Assembly (NCBI GenBank): GCA_032250835.1 | Contig: JAVVEA010000004.1 | Location: 183,670-247,669 of the forward strand | Source of the DNA: a bacterium | GTDB taxonomy: Bacteria; SAR324; XYD2-FULL-50-16 | DNA length: 64,000 nt | Direction: 5' to 3' | Shown here: positions 17,960 to 27,980 of the stretch, piece after piece | Numbering within the stretch: position 1 is the stretch's first letter | Layout of the letters: every line of letters starts with the position of its first letter | Program-made: the position numbers and the translations under genes | The notes under the pieces: generated by a model | What the model was told of the DNA's origin: nothing | Database searches by the model: none | The model's input: the letters and a program-made list of their open reading frames with translations, nothing else

Positions 17960-20035
17960 TTAAGGCTGGGTTACCGCGTTAGCGTCCAGGGTAACGGCCG
18001 TCTGGGCCAAGGCCCGTCCGCTGAGTTTGGCACCGGTTTGCATCTCGATCTTCGTTTGACAAAGGATGATCCCTTTGAACTCCGAGGTGGTACCTAGCGT
18101 TGCCTGGCCAGAGACTTGCCAGAAAATGTTCTCAGGCAACGCACCGCCAGCTAAGGTAACGATTACCCCGTTGGCTACCGTTAGGTTCCCGGCGACCTGG
18201 AAGATCCAGGTGTCATTGGCGGCACCGGAGATGGTGATCGCCGTGGGGATGGACAATGCCGTGGACCACTTGTGTAGTCCTGGAGACAGTGTCACACCAC
18301 TGATGGTCCCGGCACCGGTGTTGAGGTAGTCGGGAGTTACTCGTCCCGCCGCATCGGTATAGGCGATTTCCATATCGCTGACCGCCGTGGTCATGGTCGC
18401 CGGAGTCGGCGAGGTCATGTCGGCCGCATAGAGCTTGCCGGTGACTACCGATGCGGTGGCGTAGGTGTTGGTGGAATGATTGGTTAAGGAAAATCCAGTG
18501 ATGAAACTGGTCGCCGCAGGACTGAGGCCTAAATCACCGGTAATGGCCGTGGTGCCCGTGGTGGAGATGGCGCTCTTAGCGAGGACCACAAAATTACCAG
18601 CCGTACCTAGGCTCACGGCAGACGGGCCGATTGCGGTAGTGGTGCCGGTGGTGAAGGTCCAGACGTAAGCCGAAGCCAGAGCATTACCGGCCAAGTCCTT
18701 GGCATCCGTCGAGATCGTGGCAGTATAGGTAGTGTTGGAGCCCAAATCGCTTGAGGGCGTAAAGGTTGCTGTGCTGCTCAAGTAGGCCACCGTCCCGCTA
18801 ACCGCTGCGGTACCCGCTTTGACCGTAAAGGTCGTAGTGGTCAGCGTGGTGGGGTCCATAAATTCAGCGAAGGTTGCAGAAACCGTATTGTTGATGGCAA
18901 TCGAGGTGGACCCATTGGTCGGTGAAACCAAGGAAACGGTCGGTGCCGTTGAATCGGCTGTGGTCCCGCTGGTAAAGGTCCAACTCTTACTCGCGGCCAG
19001 GGCGTTGCCGGCTAAGTCTTTAAGCCCGGTGGTGAGGGTCGCGGTATAGACGGTGCTGGTGGCGAGGTTACTGGTGGGTGTAAAAGTCGCCGTATAGCCC
19101 AGGTAGCTGACCGTTCCACTGACCGCTGCCGTGCCGGCTTTTACGGTGAATGTTGTACTGCTCACAGTGGCGGGGTTCAGGTATTCGCTAAAAATTGCCG
19201 CAATGGAACTGTTGGTAGAAACCGAGGTGGCTCCGTCCAGCGGAGACACCAAAGATACGGTGGGTGCGGTAGAATCGGCCGTGGCTCCGGTAGTGAAACT
19301 CCAGCTATAGGCTTCTGCCAACGCATTGCCGGCTGTGTCTAAGACGTCCGTGGAGAGGCTGGCGGTGTAGCTGGTGTTGGCCATCAAGTTACTTGAAGGC
19401 TGAAGCACCGCAGTGAGGCCCGAGTAATTAACCGTTCCGCTAACCGCAGTATCACTCGCTTTTAAGGTGAAGGTGGTAGCTGAAACACTGGTGGGGTCCA
19501 AAGCGGCATCAAAAGATGCGGAGATACCCGTATTGATGGCTACCGCCGTTGCCTTATTAGCAGGAGAGATCAGCGATACAGTAGGCGCTGTGGAATCGGA
19601 GGTGGCTTTGGTGGTGAAGCTCCAGGTATAACTTTCTGCTAAAGCGTTAAATGAAGCATCCCTGACGCCGGTGGTGACCGTAGCGGTGTAGGTGGTACTA
19701 GCCTTTAGATTATTCGTAGGATTCAACACCGCGGTAGTGCCCGAATAGCTTACCGAAGCAACGACCTGGTTGCTGCCCTCTGATAGGGTAAAGGTCGAGC
19801 TGGTCAGGGTGCTTGAATTGATGGCTTCATCAAAGGTGGCGAAAACCGAACTATTGATCGCGATGTTCGTGGCCGCAGTGACCGGAAAGGTGTCCGATAC
19901 GGTGGGTGAGGTTTGGTCACTGTTGGTTGAATCGCTACTCTTACATCCGACCATTAGAGGGGTCAGAAGGAAGAGAGTAGCGCCTAAAACCATAAGCCGT
20001 CTTATGCCTTTAGGAGTGCGGGGGAGATGATTCAT
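17960..20035 (-). CDS. Lipoprotein with 4 Ig-like repeats and DUF3494 ice-binding-like domain, paralog 2
   Basis: Same length (691 aa) and architecture as paralog 1; lipobox LMVGC. Confidence 0.92.
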   Translation of the reverse strand: MNHLPRTPKGIRRLMVLGATLFLLTPLMVGCKSSDSTNSDQTSPTVSDTFPVTAATNIAINSSVFATFDEAINSSTLTSSTFTLSEGSNQVVASVSYSGTTAVLNPTNNLKASTTYTATVTTGVRDASFNALAESYTWSFTTKATSDSTAPTVSLISPANKATAVAINTGISASFDAALDPTSVSATTFTLKASDTAVSGTVNYSGLTAVLQPSSNLMANTSYTASLSTDVLDTAGNALAEAYSWSFTTGATADSTAPTVSLVSPLDGATSVSTNSSIAAIFSEYLNPATVSSTTFTVKAGTAAVSGTVSYLGYTATFTPTSNLATSTVYTATLTTGLKDLAGNALAASKSWTFTSGTTADSTAPTVSLVSPTNGSTSIAINNTVSATFAEFMDPTTLTTTTFTVKAGTAAVSGTVAYLSSTATFTPSSDLGSNTTYTATISTDAKDLAGNALASAYVWTFTTGTTTAIGPSAVSLGTAGNFVVLAKSAISTTGTTAITGDLGLSPAATSFITGFSLTNHSTNTYATASVVTGKLYAADMTSPTPATMTTAVSDMEIAYTDAAGRVTPDYLNTGAGTISGVTLSPGLHKWSTALSIPTAITISGAANDTWIFQVAGNLTVANGVIVTLAGGALPENIFWQVSGQATLGTTSEFKGIILCQTKIEMQTGAKLSGRALAQTAVTLDANAVTQP

Positions 20036-20122
20036 GAGGACGTTCCAATGTGTTGTGCATAAAGCGTAGAGCCGGACTTAGAAGCTAAATCCATATTGAG
20101 AATAATTTAAATTACTTGAAGT

Positions 20123-20147
20123 GGTCTGTTCGGTAGGGCGCTTATAG
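20123..20147. promoter_or_regulatory. Conserved upstream motif of IBP paralog 2
   Basis: GGTCTGTTCGGTAGGGCGCTTATAG at the same distance (87-88 bp) from the start codon as in paralog 1. Confidence 0.55.
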
Positions 20148-20550
20148 CTGGGGGGGTATTTTTGAAAGTATTTAGATTCAGTAGCTAGTCGGATATGCTG
20201 ATGTTATATAAGCGAATTTATAAAAAGCCCCTGGAATTAGGCATCTGTCGGACCTGCGCCGGAAAGGGGACCTAAGATAAATAGATTTAACTAGGGAATA
20301 ATCCAGGGTACCTATCGATCTTGAGAACCTGCCAAGGCCTTGTTACCTTGGGAGATATAATGGGGTAGTGCGCTTTAAGGCAGGCGAGCCGTCTCCGGCA
20401 AATTCAAAAAATGGGGGTAGAAGGCGCGGGCGGCGGGTCTATTTCTTTGGACCTAATATAACAGTCTAGGCGATCGAGCCAAAAACAGGGCACCCGGTGG
20501 TGAAGCCTTTGAGGTAGACTCTGGTAGGACAAATTAGCAAGAGGCGCCGG

Positions 20551-21342
20551 TTAGGGCGTGGCTGCCCAGGGGAGCAGTCGCTCCGTTTCCTTTTTGACCA
20601 CCGCGTAACATTCGCAACATAGTTTTTCCAACTTCGGGCGGTCCAGTACCGTGATTTTGCCCCGGACATATTCAATCACGCCCAATTTTTGCAACTTTCC
20701 CGCCGCCTCGGTGACCCCTTCGCGGCGTACCCCCAACATATTGGCGATCAATTCCTGGGTCATGACCAGCTGATTGCTTTTTAACCGATCCAGCGAAAGC
20801 AGCAGCCAACGGCACAACTGCTGGTCAATGGAATGATGGCGGTTGCAGACCGCCGTTTGGGCCATTTGGGTGATCAGAGCCTGGGTATACCGCAGCACCA
20901 GCACCATTAAATCGGTGTGGAGATTAAATTCCTGTTTGAGCAATTGACTGGGTAAACAATAGGCATAGCCCGCACTTTGGCAAATCGCCCGGTTGGGCGT
21001 TGTTTCGCCGCCCATAAAGACGGCGATGCCAATCAAACCCTCATTGCCCACAATCGCGATCTCGGCAGAAGACCCATTTTCCATCACGTAAAGCAGGGAG
21101 ACAATGGCGTTGATCGGGAAATAGACTTGATCTAAGGTGTCTCCTGATTCGTAGAGGACCGTGCCCAAGGGGAGCGGTGTGAGCTTAAGATTTTTAAAAA
21201 TGCGCTCCTGTACCCCTTTGGGCACCGTGGCCAGTAGGCGATTGAGGGTAGGTGAGAGGTTTTCTGGTAAATCCGGAGCCGGTATCTTTTCCACAACAAA
21301 GCCCTTAGAGTGCAATCTACAGGAAAGGCCATGTCTGCCCAT
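20551..21342 (-). CDS. Crp/Fnr family transcriptional regulator (start uncertain)
   Basis: cNMP-like domain VYFP...EIAIVGNEG; CNRHHSIDQQLCRWLL; HTH MTQELIANMLGVRREGVT. Confidence 0.92.
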   Translation of the reverse strand: MGRHGLSCRLHSKGFVVEKIPAPDLPENLSPTLNRLLATVPKGVQERIFKNLKLTPLPLGTVLYESGDTLDQVYFPINAIVSLLYVMENGSSAEIAIVGNEGLIGIAVFMGGETTPNRAICQSAGYAYCLPSQLLKQEFNLHTDLMVLVLRYTQALITQMAQTAVCNRHHSIDQQLCRWLLLSLDRLKSNQLVMTQELIANMLGVRREGVTEAAGKLQKLGVIEYVRGKITVLDRPKLEKLCCECYAVVKKETERLLPWAATP

Positions 21343-21636
21343 CCACCATAGTAACAGTGGTTGAGACTAACAAAGTCAGCGGTAAATGAAAATGAAATAA
21401 GGTAAGTACCGTAGGCTTCCGTTCAGCTGTTCGGGCTGTGATTGGGGCGAGTTATTGGGGATCGGGGGCTGAGGAGTTGGGGCAGGTCGGCGGGCCCGGA
21501 TTTTTATGGGCCTCGGGTCAAATTTGCGGTTCCAAGCGAAGAGGCCCGGACTTGAACGCCACAGGGTCCCCGCCGGGATTGTCCAAGGTGAGGCCGCCAA
21601 AAACCGCGCACCTCCGCCTTGAAAGGATAGAGTTGG

Positions 21637-22023
21637 TCCAGCGGCCCAGCGCGGGCCAACCGGTCCCCTAGTTTGCCGGGTCTTCGGGGCCTTTAGCTTC
21701 TTCGGAAGTCGCCGAATCAGCCGGGGGAGCGGGCGGTTGGGGGCGCTTGTGTTTGGCTTCTTGTTTATTAGACCAACTGACCGCCAAAGGCACTAAAACT
21801 AAAAACACAAATAGAGCAAGCATCCACCAATAATTTAGCTGGCTCGCTGCGGCTAATTGTTCGTTAGGCATCGTCTACTTAAGGGGAAATGATTGAGCGC
21901 AGTTCCTGCTTTTTCTTAGCCTAAACCAAGCCGCCGATCCCGGCAAGTGAACTAGCGCCCCTTTTGGCTTTGGGCCCTTTAAGACGCTAAATCTATGGGG
22001 TGGCGAAAAAGTGCATCGGTTGG
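21637..22023. repeat. 387-bp direct repeat, copy 2
   Basis: Matches 13852-14238. Confidence 0.95.
21668..21871 (-). CDS. Small single-TM hypothetical protein, copy 2
   Basis: Identical to 13883-14086. Confidence 0.5.
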   Translation of the reverse strand: MPNEQLAAASQLNYWWMLALFVFLVLVPLAVSWSNKQEAKHKRPQPPAPPADSATSEEAKGPEDPAN

Positions 22024-22448
22024 ACTACTTCAGATGATATGCTGATGGTTGCCTAAGATGTTTAGGAAGCTGGGGAAGCTAAGTTGTCAAAATTCTGTCA
22101 ATTGAAAGGGTCTAGTTTTCAGGCACAACATCTGAAAAAATTCGTTTTGGGCCGCAACCAGTGAGTACAAAGAGGTTGCCTTCAATATGGACCTGATGCT
22201 TGCCTGCAGTCAGGAAAGCGCCCACCGCCTGTTGGGAGTCTCTAAGTGTTTTCCGTAGAGTGTTGGCCCCTAATTTAAGGGAAACCTACCTAACTGGATG
22301 CATTTGTTTTCAATTTTCTTGATCGGGGGGGTGTTTTTTTGATAAGAACTCGAACTGTTTAAACAATAGATTCCCGTGAGGACTGGACGCACAAAGAAGA
22401 CGCGGTAGCCCCAAAGAGCAGTTAACGGAAAATATAAGTAGGAGAAAA

Positions 22449-23036
22449 ATGGTCGCTGCGAAGGATTTGTCAGAAGAGATCAAACAAGCCATTGGTGCCC
22501 ATGGGCAATGGAAAATGCGTCTTCTGGACGCCATTGAAACCGGACAAAGCGAATGGACGCCCGAAAAGGTACGGCCCAACTGCAATTGCGCCTTTGGGAA
22601 GTGGTTAGAGAGCTTTAACGAAACTGAAAAGACGACCCATTATCGAACCGTTTACGGTCTGCATACGGATTTTCACGTCGAAGCAGCCCGGATTTTAGAG
22701 CTTGCCCTCAACCAACTGACCGAAGAGGCGCGTATCGCCGTCCAGTCGAATTCAACCTACTCGGACCTTACCCAGAGTCTGGTCTTGGCTATGACGACTT
22801 GGATGAGGGCAGAAGGGGACCGTCAAACCCAATCTAGCTTTGATTCAGGGATTGACCGGCAAGTTGATCTGCCGAAGGATGCAAAAGCAAATAGCCCCAA
22901 GGAGAGTTCTGAGCGCGAACTACAGGCCTTCCTCGACCTTTTGAACGAAGTCGAAAAAATCACTGGCCCATCCATCCGGATGGCCGCCGAAAAAATGTAT
23001 CAAATTAGGAAAGCGATACTGGACAAGCGAAAATAA
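22449..23036 (+). CDS. CZB (chemoreceptor zinc-binding) domain protein
   Basis: AHGQWK...CAFGKWL...HTDFH (3 His, 1 Cys); AGGAG RBS. Confidence 0.85.
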   Translation: MVAAKDLSEEIKQAIGAHGQWKMRLLDAIETGQSEWTPEKVRPNCNCAFGKWLESFNETEKTTHYRTVYGLHTDFHVEAARILELALNQLTEEARIAVQSNSTYSDLTQSLVLAMTTWMRAEGDRQTQSSFDSGIDRQVDLPKDAKANSPKESSERELQAFLDLLNEVEKITGPSIRMAAEKMYQIRKAILDKRK

Positions 23037-23294
23037 TCGCGTGCTCATCCCTTGAAATTTTAAAGGAACTTGAGGACTCCATAAATCCAAGGGAACCTCA
23101 GCAAAGCAAAGGCAACGTGATTCTAAGCTCATCTGCGACCTGAGTCTTGGGATGAGAGGATTCGGTCACCATGCGGCCAGCCTCCAGCTTGAATTCCAGA
23201 CTGTAATTTTTCTCTCGGTACTTGTATTCATTTTCAGTCCTCTTGTTTGATCTCTATGAACAAACAAGGACTCTTTCAAGTGGGGGCAACCTCA

Positions 23295-24752
23295 CTAGTC
23301 GGGCACGCCCAGTACGTCGCCCACCTTCAAGATGCTGACCATATTGGTCTGGCTCGGCAGGTTGAAGAAGTCGCCGACCACCACCACCTTCTCTTCGGGG
23401 TCTAGGTAGCCCATCTTATGGCAGGCCACAATCGCCGTTTTGATCCGGTTCAGGGTCTTGGCGGCTTGTTCTAGCTCAGGTAGGTGGATCGGCTCCACCG
23501 CCCAGAGCAGGCGCATCTCGCGGCAGGCGTGCTCGTCGGGCGTCAAGGCCAAGATCGGGAAGGGCGGGCGGTACTTGCTGACCATCCGGGCGGTATAGCC
23601 CGAACGGGTCAGGCAGATGATCTTCCCCTGTCCGTTGGCCCGTGAGGCGAGCTGCTTGCAGGCTTGGTGCGTCAAGTGGCCGATCACTTCACTGACCGTG
23701 TCTTCTTTAGAGTCGTAGTCGTCAGGGTTGCGCTCAGGTAGGTGCGACTCGCTGATGCGGATGATCCGCTCCATGGTGAACACCGCCTCGGCGGGGAACT
23801 CGCCGGAGGCGGTCTCGGCCGAAAGCATCACGCAGTCTGCCCCGTCTTCGATGGCGTTGTATACGTCTGAGACCTCCGCGCGGGTGGGGATCGGCGCTTT
23901 GGTCATGGACTCTAACATCTGGGTGGCCACGATGATCGGCTTGCCCACGGTGTTACATTTCTTGATCATCATCTTCTGGATCGGCGGCACTTCTTCGGGC
24001 GGCATCTCTACGCCTAGGTCCCCTCGGGCCACCATGATCCCGTCGCTGGCTTCTAAGATTTCGTCGAAGTTCTCCACCGCAATGGGGCGTTCAATCTTGG
24101 CGATGATCTTGATGCGGGTGTTGCCGTAGCTGGCTAAGATGTGGCGGATAGTCTCCACATCTTCGGCGTCGCCCACGAAGCTAGCCGCTAAATAGGCGGG
24201 GTTTAGGCGGGCGATCAACTTGAGGTCTTCAATGTCTTTTTCGGTGGGCACACGCAAAGACAGCTTGGTGGTCGGTAGGTTGACGCCTTTACGGGTGTAG
24301 ATCGTCCCGCCGGTCAAGACTCGGCAGTGGACCTCGGTTTCTTTGATGTTCAGCGCCTCTAAACAAACGATCCCATCGTTGATGAAGATCCGGTCGCCTT
24401 CGCTCACCTCTTTGGGGAAGGGGTCGTAGCTGATGGTGACATGATTTTCGTCACCTAAGACCGACTTGGTGGTGAGGATGAACTTTTGGCCCCGCTTGAG
24501 CAAGGCTCCGCCCTCTTGGACTTCGCCAATGCGGATTTTGGGGCCTTGGATGTCGCAGAGAACGGCGATGCCGGGGTGTACGGACCGGACGTTTTCGATC
24601 AACCGCAGCTTGGATTCGGCGTCGCCATGCGAGAAGTTGATCCGCACGAGATCCATGCCCTGCTCAAAGAGCGCGCGGATTTCGTCGGGCTCGTTGGTCG
24701 AGGGGCCTAAGGTGCAGAGAATTTTTGATTTGGTCAGTAGTTCCGGTTTCAT
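23295..24752 (-). CDS. pyk: Pyruvate kinase
   Basis: KILCTLGP, RINFSHG, DIQGPKIR, MVARGDLG, ATQMLESM and PTRAEVSD motifs; AGGAGG RBS at MKPELL. Confidence 0.96.
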   Translation of the reverse strand: MKPELLTKSKILCTLGPSTNEPDEIRALFEQGMDLVRINFSHGDAESKLRLIENVRSVHPGIAVLCDIQGPKIRIGEVQEGGALLKRGQKFILTTKSVLGDENHVTISYDPFPKEVSEGDRIFINDGIVCLEALNIKETEVHCRVLTGGTIYTRKGVNLPTTKLSLRVPTEKDIEDLKLIARLNPAYLAASFVGDAEDVETIRHILASYGNTRIKIIAKIERPIAVENFDEILEASDGIMVARGDLGVEMPPEEVPPIQKMMIKKCNTVGKPIIVATQMLESMTKAPIPTRAEVSDVYNAIEDGADCVMLSAETASGEFPAEAVFTMERIIRISESHLPERNPDDYDSKEDTVSEVIGHLTHQACKQLASRANGQGKIICLTRSGYTARMVSKYRPPFPILALTPDEHACREMRLLWAVEPIHLPELEQAAKTLNRIKTAIVACHKMGYLDPEEKVVVVGDFFNLPSQTNMVSILKVGDVLGVPD

Positions 24753-24777
24753 GCCCCTCCTAGGTGGCCTAGCCCGG

Positions 24778-25143
24778 CTAGAGAACCGCTTCGATGGTAT
24801 CGAGCAGTTCTTGGGGATCGATGGGCTTGTGGAAACATTCCACCGCTCCCAGCGCGCGGGCGTATTCAAGATAGTCAAAGTCGCGGACCACAGCACCGCC
24901 ACCGGAGATGGCGATCACCTTGGTGTCGGGCGAGGCTTTTTTTAGCTCCATTATGGCGGCGATGCCATCTTGACGGGGCATGAAGATGTCGACTACCGCC
25001 AAATCAACTTGGTTGGCGCTGGCTAGTTGGCTTCCCTCTTCGCCATTGGTGGCAATCCATACTTGATGTCCGGCGCTTTCTAGGGTGTCTTGCAGTGCCT
25101 GAGCCACCAAAACTTCGTCTTCCATGATGAGGATGCGGGCCAT
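24778..25143 (-). CDS. Single-domain response regulator
   Basis: ILIMEDE, VVDIFMPRQDG and KP motifs. Confidence 0.92.
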   Translation of the reverse strand: MARILIMEDEVLVAQALQDTLESAGHQVWIATNGEEGSQLASANQVDLAVVDIFMPRQDGIAAIMELKKASPDTKVIAISGGGAVVRDFDYLEYARALGAVECFHKPIDPQELLDTIEAVL

Positions 25144-25152
25144 AAATTTAGC

Positions 25153-27213
25153 TCAAGTAAGAAGTTCGCCTAAAACCACCAAGAGGTAGTCTTGGTCCAA
25201 AGGTTTACTCAGCACCCGCACCGCACCGGCCTGATGGGCCTTGGCTTCGGTTAGTTGGTGGCTGTATCCCGAATAGATCACTACCGGAAAATGGGGCCGA
25301 AGCCCGGTCACCGCTTCGCTGAGTTGCAGGCCCGACATTTCGGGCATGGATTGGTCACTTAAAAGTAGATCAAAGGCTTCCGGGCTGGCTTGAAAACGCT
25401 TCCAAGCCTCTTGGGGACGGCTAAAGGCCTCTACCGAAAACCCCCGTGCCTCTAAAAATTCTTTTAAGGGCTCTAGCACCAAGGTCTCGTCATCGACAAA
25501 GAGCAGGCGGCCTTTACCCTTAGGGATACTTGGTTCTATTTGTACGGCTTCGGTCGAAGCCTTGGCAAGCTCCTTTTTGACTTTAGGTAGATAGACCAAG
25601 AACCGGGCTCCTTTGCCCGGTTGGGTCTGGCAGGTCAGCAGGCCCTTGTGCCGCAGCACGATACCCTGGGCCACCGCAAGGCCCAATCCGGTACCGTCTT
25701 CGGGTGGTTTGGTGGTGAAAAAGGGATCAAAAATGCGCGGCAAGACCGAGGGGGCAATGCCCGGCCCGTTGTCGCTCACGCAAAGACGTAAGTAGGGGCC
25801 GGGCTTGAGGTCTGAGGCCAACTGGTCGCTGGAAACCACCTCCCATTCTTCAATACTCAAGGCGACCCGCCCCCCCTCTTCGCGTAAGGAGTAGGCGGCG
25901 TTGTTGATCAGGTTCATGATCACCTGATGCATCTGGGTTGCATCGGCCATGCAGACGGGTTCGGCGCAGTTGTAGTGCCGCTCCATCACGACGCTTCTGG
26001 GGGTGGCCGCGCGGACCAGCTCAAAGGCCTCGTCGGCCACCTCGCTCAAGTCTACCGGGCCGATCCGGCGGTCTTGTTGCCGACTGAAGGCTAAGATCTG
26101 GCGGGTTAAGTCTTTGGCCCGGTTGCCTGCCATCATGGAGCGGTCAACATATCCTTGTACCTTAGGCAGGTCCTTGGTGGCCCCCTTGATCAGGTTCAGG
26201 TTGAGTAATATCGCAAAAAGTAGGTTGTTGAAGTCATGGGCCACCCCTCCGGCCATGGTACCTAAGGCCTCTAATTTTTGGGTCTGGTGGAGCTTGTTTT
26301 CCAGGGATTTTTTATCGGAGATGTCGAGCGCATAGCCCAGCAAGTGGGCTGAGCTCAAGCCTTCGATAAAGAAAGGGATCTTGCCCCGCAACAGCTCCCG
26401 TTCGATTCCCCCTAAGCAGACCCGTTCTTCTAGGCGTAGGGCTTGCCCCGATTCGATGGCTTGCCGGTCGGTGGCTTCGTCTTGGCGTCCGTCTTCGGTG
26501 TTCATCAGCGCCAAGGCGCCGCGGCCTAAGATTTGGTCTTTGTCTCGGCCCAACAATTCACAAAAACCTTGATTGACCAACACGTAGCGCCCCCGAGGTT
26601 CCTTGAGGTAGACCGTCAAGGGCAGCGCGTCGAGGAGGTCATCTAAGATGCGCTCTTGGACCAAGCTGGCGGTTTGTTGGTCTTCGGCATGGGCCTTGAT
26701 CCGGCCCAGCTGTTCTAGGCTTTCGGCGAGCTTGCGGGTGCGCTGGGCGACCATTTCTTCGACTTGGCCGCTGATCTGATCGATCTGTTGTTGCGCCTGG
26801 GTTCGCGCCAATTCGCTGTTGGTAAGGCGCTCTTGCAGCTCTTGATTGCTGCGCTGGGCTCGGCTCAATTCCAAAACCAACCGCAAGCGCTCCATAAAGG
26901 CCCGCTGCCGCATGGGCTTGGGGGTCCAGAAGGTCTCTAGCCAAACTTCAGAAAAACTGGGTTCTTCTTCGCTCAACAGCAGCAAAATAGGCCGGTAACC
27001 TACCTCGCGGCCATGCAGACGCAGGGTTACGTCAGGCAAGCCCGGTTCGTCTAGGTCTAAAACCACCAACGGGGGGCGGAGCCGACGGGCAGCAAGTAAG
27101 GCCTCATTACCCTCAGAAAAAACCATGGGTTCAACACCCAAAGCCCGGCAAGGCTCTAGCATGGGAGCAAAGGTCTCTTCGTCACCGAGCAGAAAAAGGG
27201 GAGTTGCGGCCAT
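25153..27213 (-). CDS. Hybrid sensor kinase (degenerate REC, PAS, HisKA/HATPase, REC)
   Basis: GGVAHDFNNLL, FDPFFTTK, GTGLGL; C-terminal SDQSMPEMSG. Confidence 0.92.
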   Translation of the reverse strand: MAATPLFLLGDEETFAPMLEPCRALGVEPMVFSEGNEALLAARRLRPPLVVLDLDEPGLPDVTLRLHGREVGYRPILLLLSEEEPSFSEVWLETFWTPKPMRQRAFMERLRLVLELSRAQRSNQELQERLTNSELARTQAQQQIDQISGQVEEMVAQRTRKLAESLEQLGRIKAHAEDQQTASLVQERILDDLLDALPLTVYLKEPRGRYVLVNQGFCELLGRDKDQILGRGALALMNTEDGRQDEATDRQAIESGQALRLEERVCLGGIERELLRGKIPFFIEGLSSAHLLGYALDISDKKSLENKLHQTQKLEALGTMAGGVAHDFNNLLFAILLNLNLIKGATKDLPKVQGYVDRSMMAGNRAKDLTRQILAFSRQQDRRIGPVDLSEVADEAFELVRAATPRSVVMERHYNCAEPVCMADATQMHQVIMNLINNAAYSLREEGGRVALSIEEWEVVSSDQLASDLKPGPYLRLCVSDNGPGIAPSVLPRIFDPFFTTKPPEDGTGLGLAVAQGIVLRHKGLLTCQTQPGKGARFLVYLPKVKKELAKASTEAVQIEPSIPKGKGRLLFVDDETLVLEPLKEFLEARGFSVEAFSRPQEAWKRFQASPEAFDLLLSDQSMPEMSGLQLSEAVTGLRPHFPVVIYSGYSHQLTEAKAHQAGAVRVLSKPLDQDYLLVVLGELLT

Positions 27214-27294
27214 GGTACCTAATAAAAAACGTTGATCGCCTTTAGTCTAGGCCATGGGCGGGGCAAAAACAACTAAACGACCCGGGCAGGGGCA

Positions 27295-27332
27295 AAAAAA
27301 AAGGCCGCCATCCCCAAAGGGACGGCGGCCTC
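27295..27332 (-). terminator. Intrinsic terminator after the cytochrome c gene
   Basis: AGGCCGCCGTCCC...GGGATGGCGGCCT followed by a T-run on the minus strand. Confidence 0.8.
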
Positions 27333-27359
27333 TCCTTTTAAAGGCGTCTACTTAAAGGC

Positions 27360-27980
27360 TTACTTCAAAGAAGCCAAGTAGTTGGATACAGCTTTAACTT
27401 GCTCAGCCGTAAGGCCTTGCGCCATCGGAGCCATCATCATCGCTTCGGGGGTGCCGCCGCGAGTGGCTTTTTTCTCGGCTGCGCCGAAAGCATAAAGCTG
27501 GTTTGCGAGGTACTCAGGAGACAAACCGGCCAACTTGGGGTAGTTCGGCATGATCGGCGTCTTGGCGTCTTCGCCATGGCAAGCGGCACAACCACCTTGC
27601 ATAAAGACTTCTTCACCTTCATGGACCTGGTCGTTGTCGTAGCTAGCGGTCTTGGTCGGCTGGTTGCTGGCCAAGTACTCAGCGATGGCACCGACTACTT
27701 CGGGTCCGTCTTTGGTGATGCTGTTAGCAAAAGGCACCATTTGGTTGGTATTTAAGGTACCTTGGCGGTGCTTGTTGCTGAAAGCCGCAATCTGGCTGAC
27801 GATGTAATCCTTGTTCTGACCGGCCAGTACAGGGTACTGGGGGGTGATGGGGTTCGCACCAGCGGCACCGTGGCAGGTGTAGCAGCCTTTACGTTGGAAC
27901 AGCCTCGAGCCATCTTCAGCATAGGCCGGCGCAAGACCCATAAGCAGAAGGGCCGAAATGAGGATTGCTGACTTCTTCAT
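27360..27980 (-). CDS. Di-haem cytochrome c (c4/c553-like)
   Basis: Signal peptide; CYTCH and CAACH; YP.LAG repeats; distal Met motifs. Confidence 0.9.
   Translation of the reverse strand: MKKSAILISALLLMGLAPAYAEDGSRLFQRKGCYTCHGAAGANPITPQYPVLAGQNKDYIVSQIAAFSNKHRQGTLNTNQMVPFANSITKDGPEVVGAIAEYLASNQPTKTASYDNDQVHEGEEVFMQGGCAACHGEDAKTPIMPNYPKLAGLSPEYLANQLYAFGAAEKKATRGGTPEAMMMAPMAQGLTAEQVKAVSNYLASLK

Noticed and set aside
22030-22440. Riboswitch upstream of the CZB gene
   Set aside because: No c-di-GMP or other riboswitch consensus could be matched by eye
24753-24902. 50-aa N-terminal extension of pyk
   Set aside because: It overlaps the response regulator gene, and the RBS supports the start at 24752
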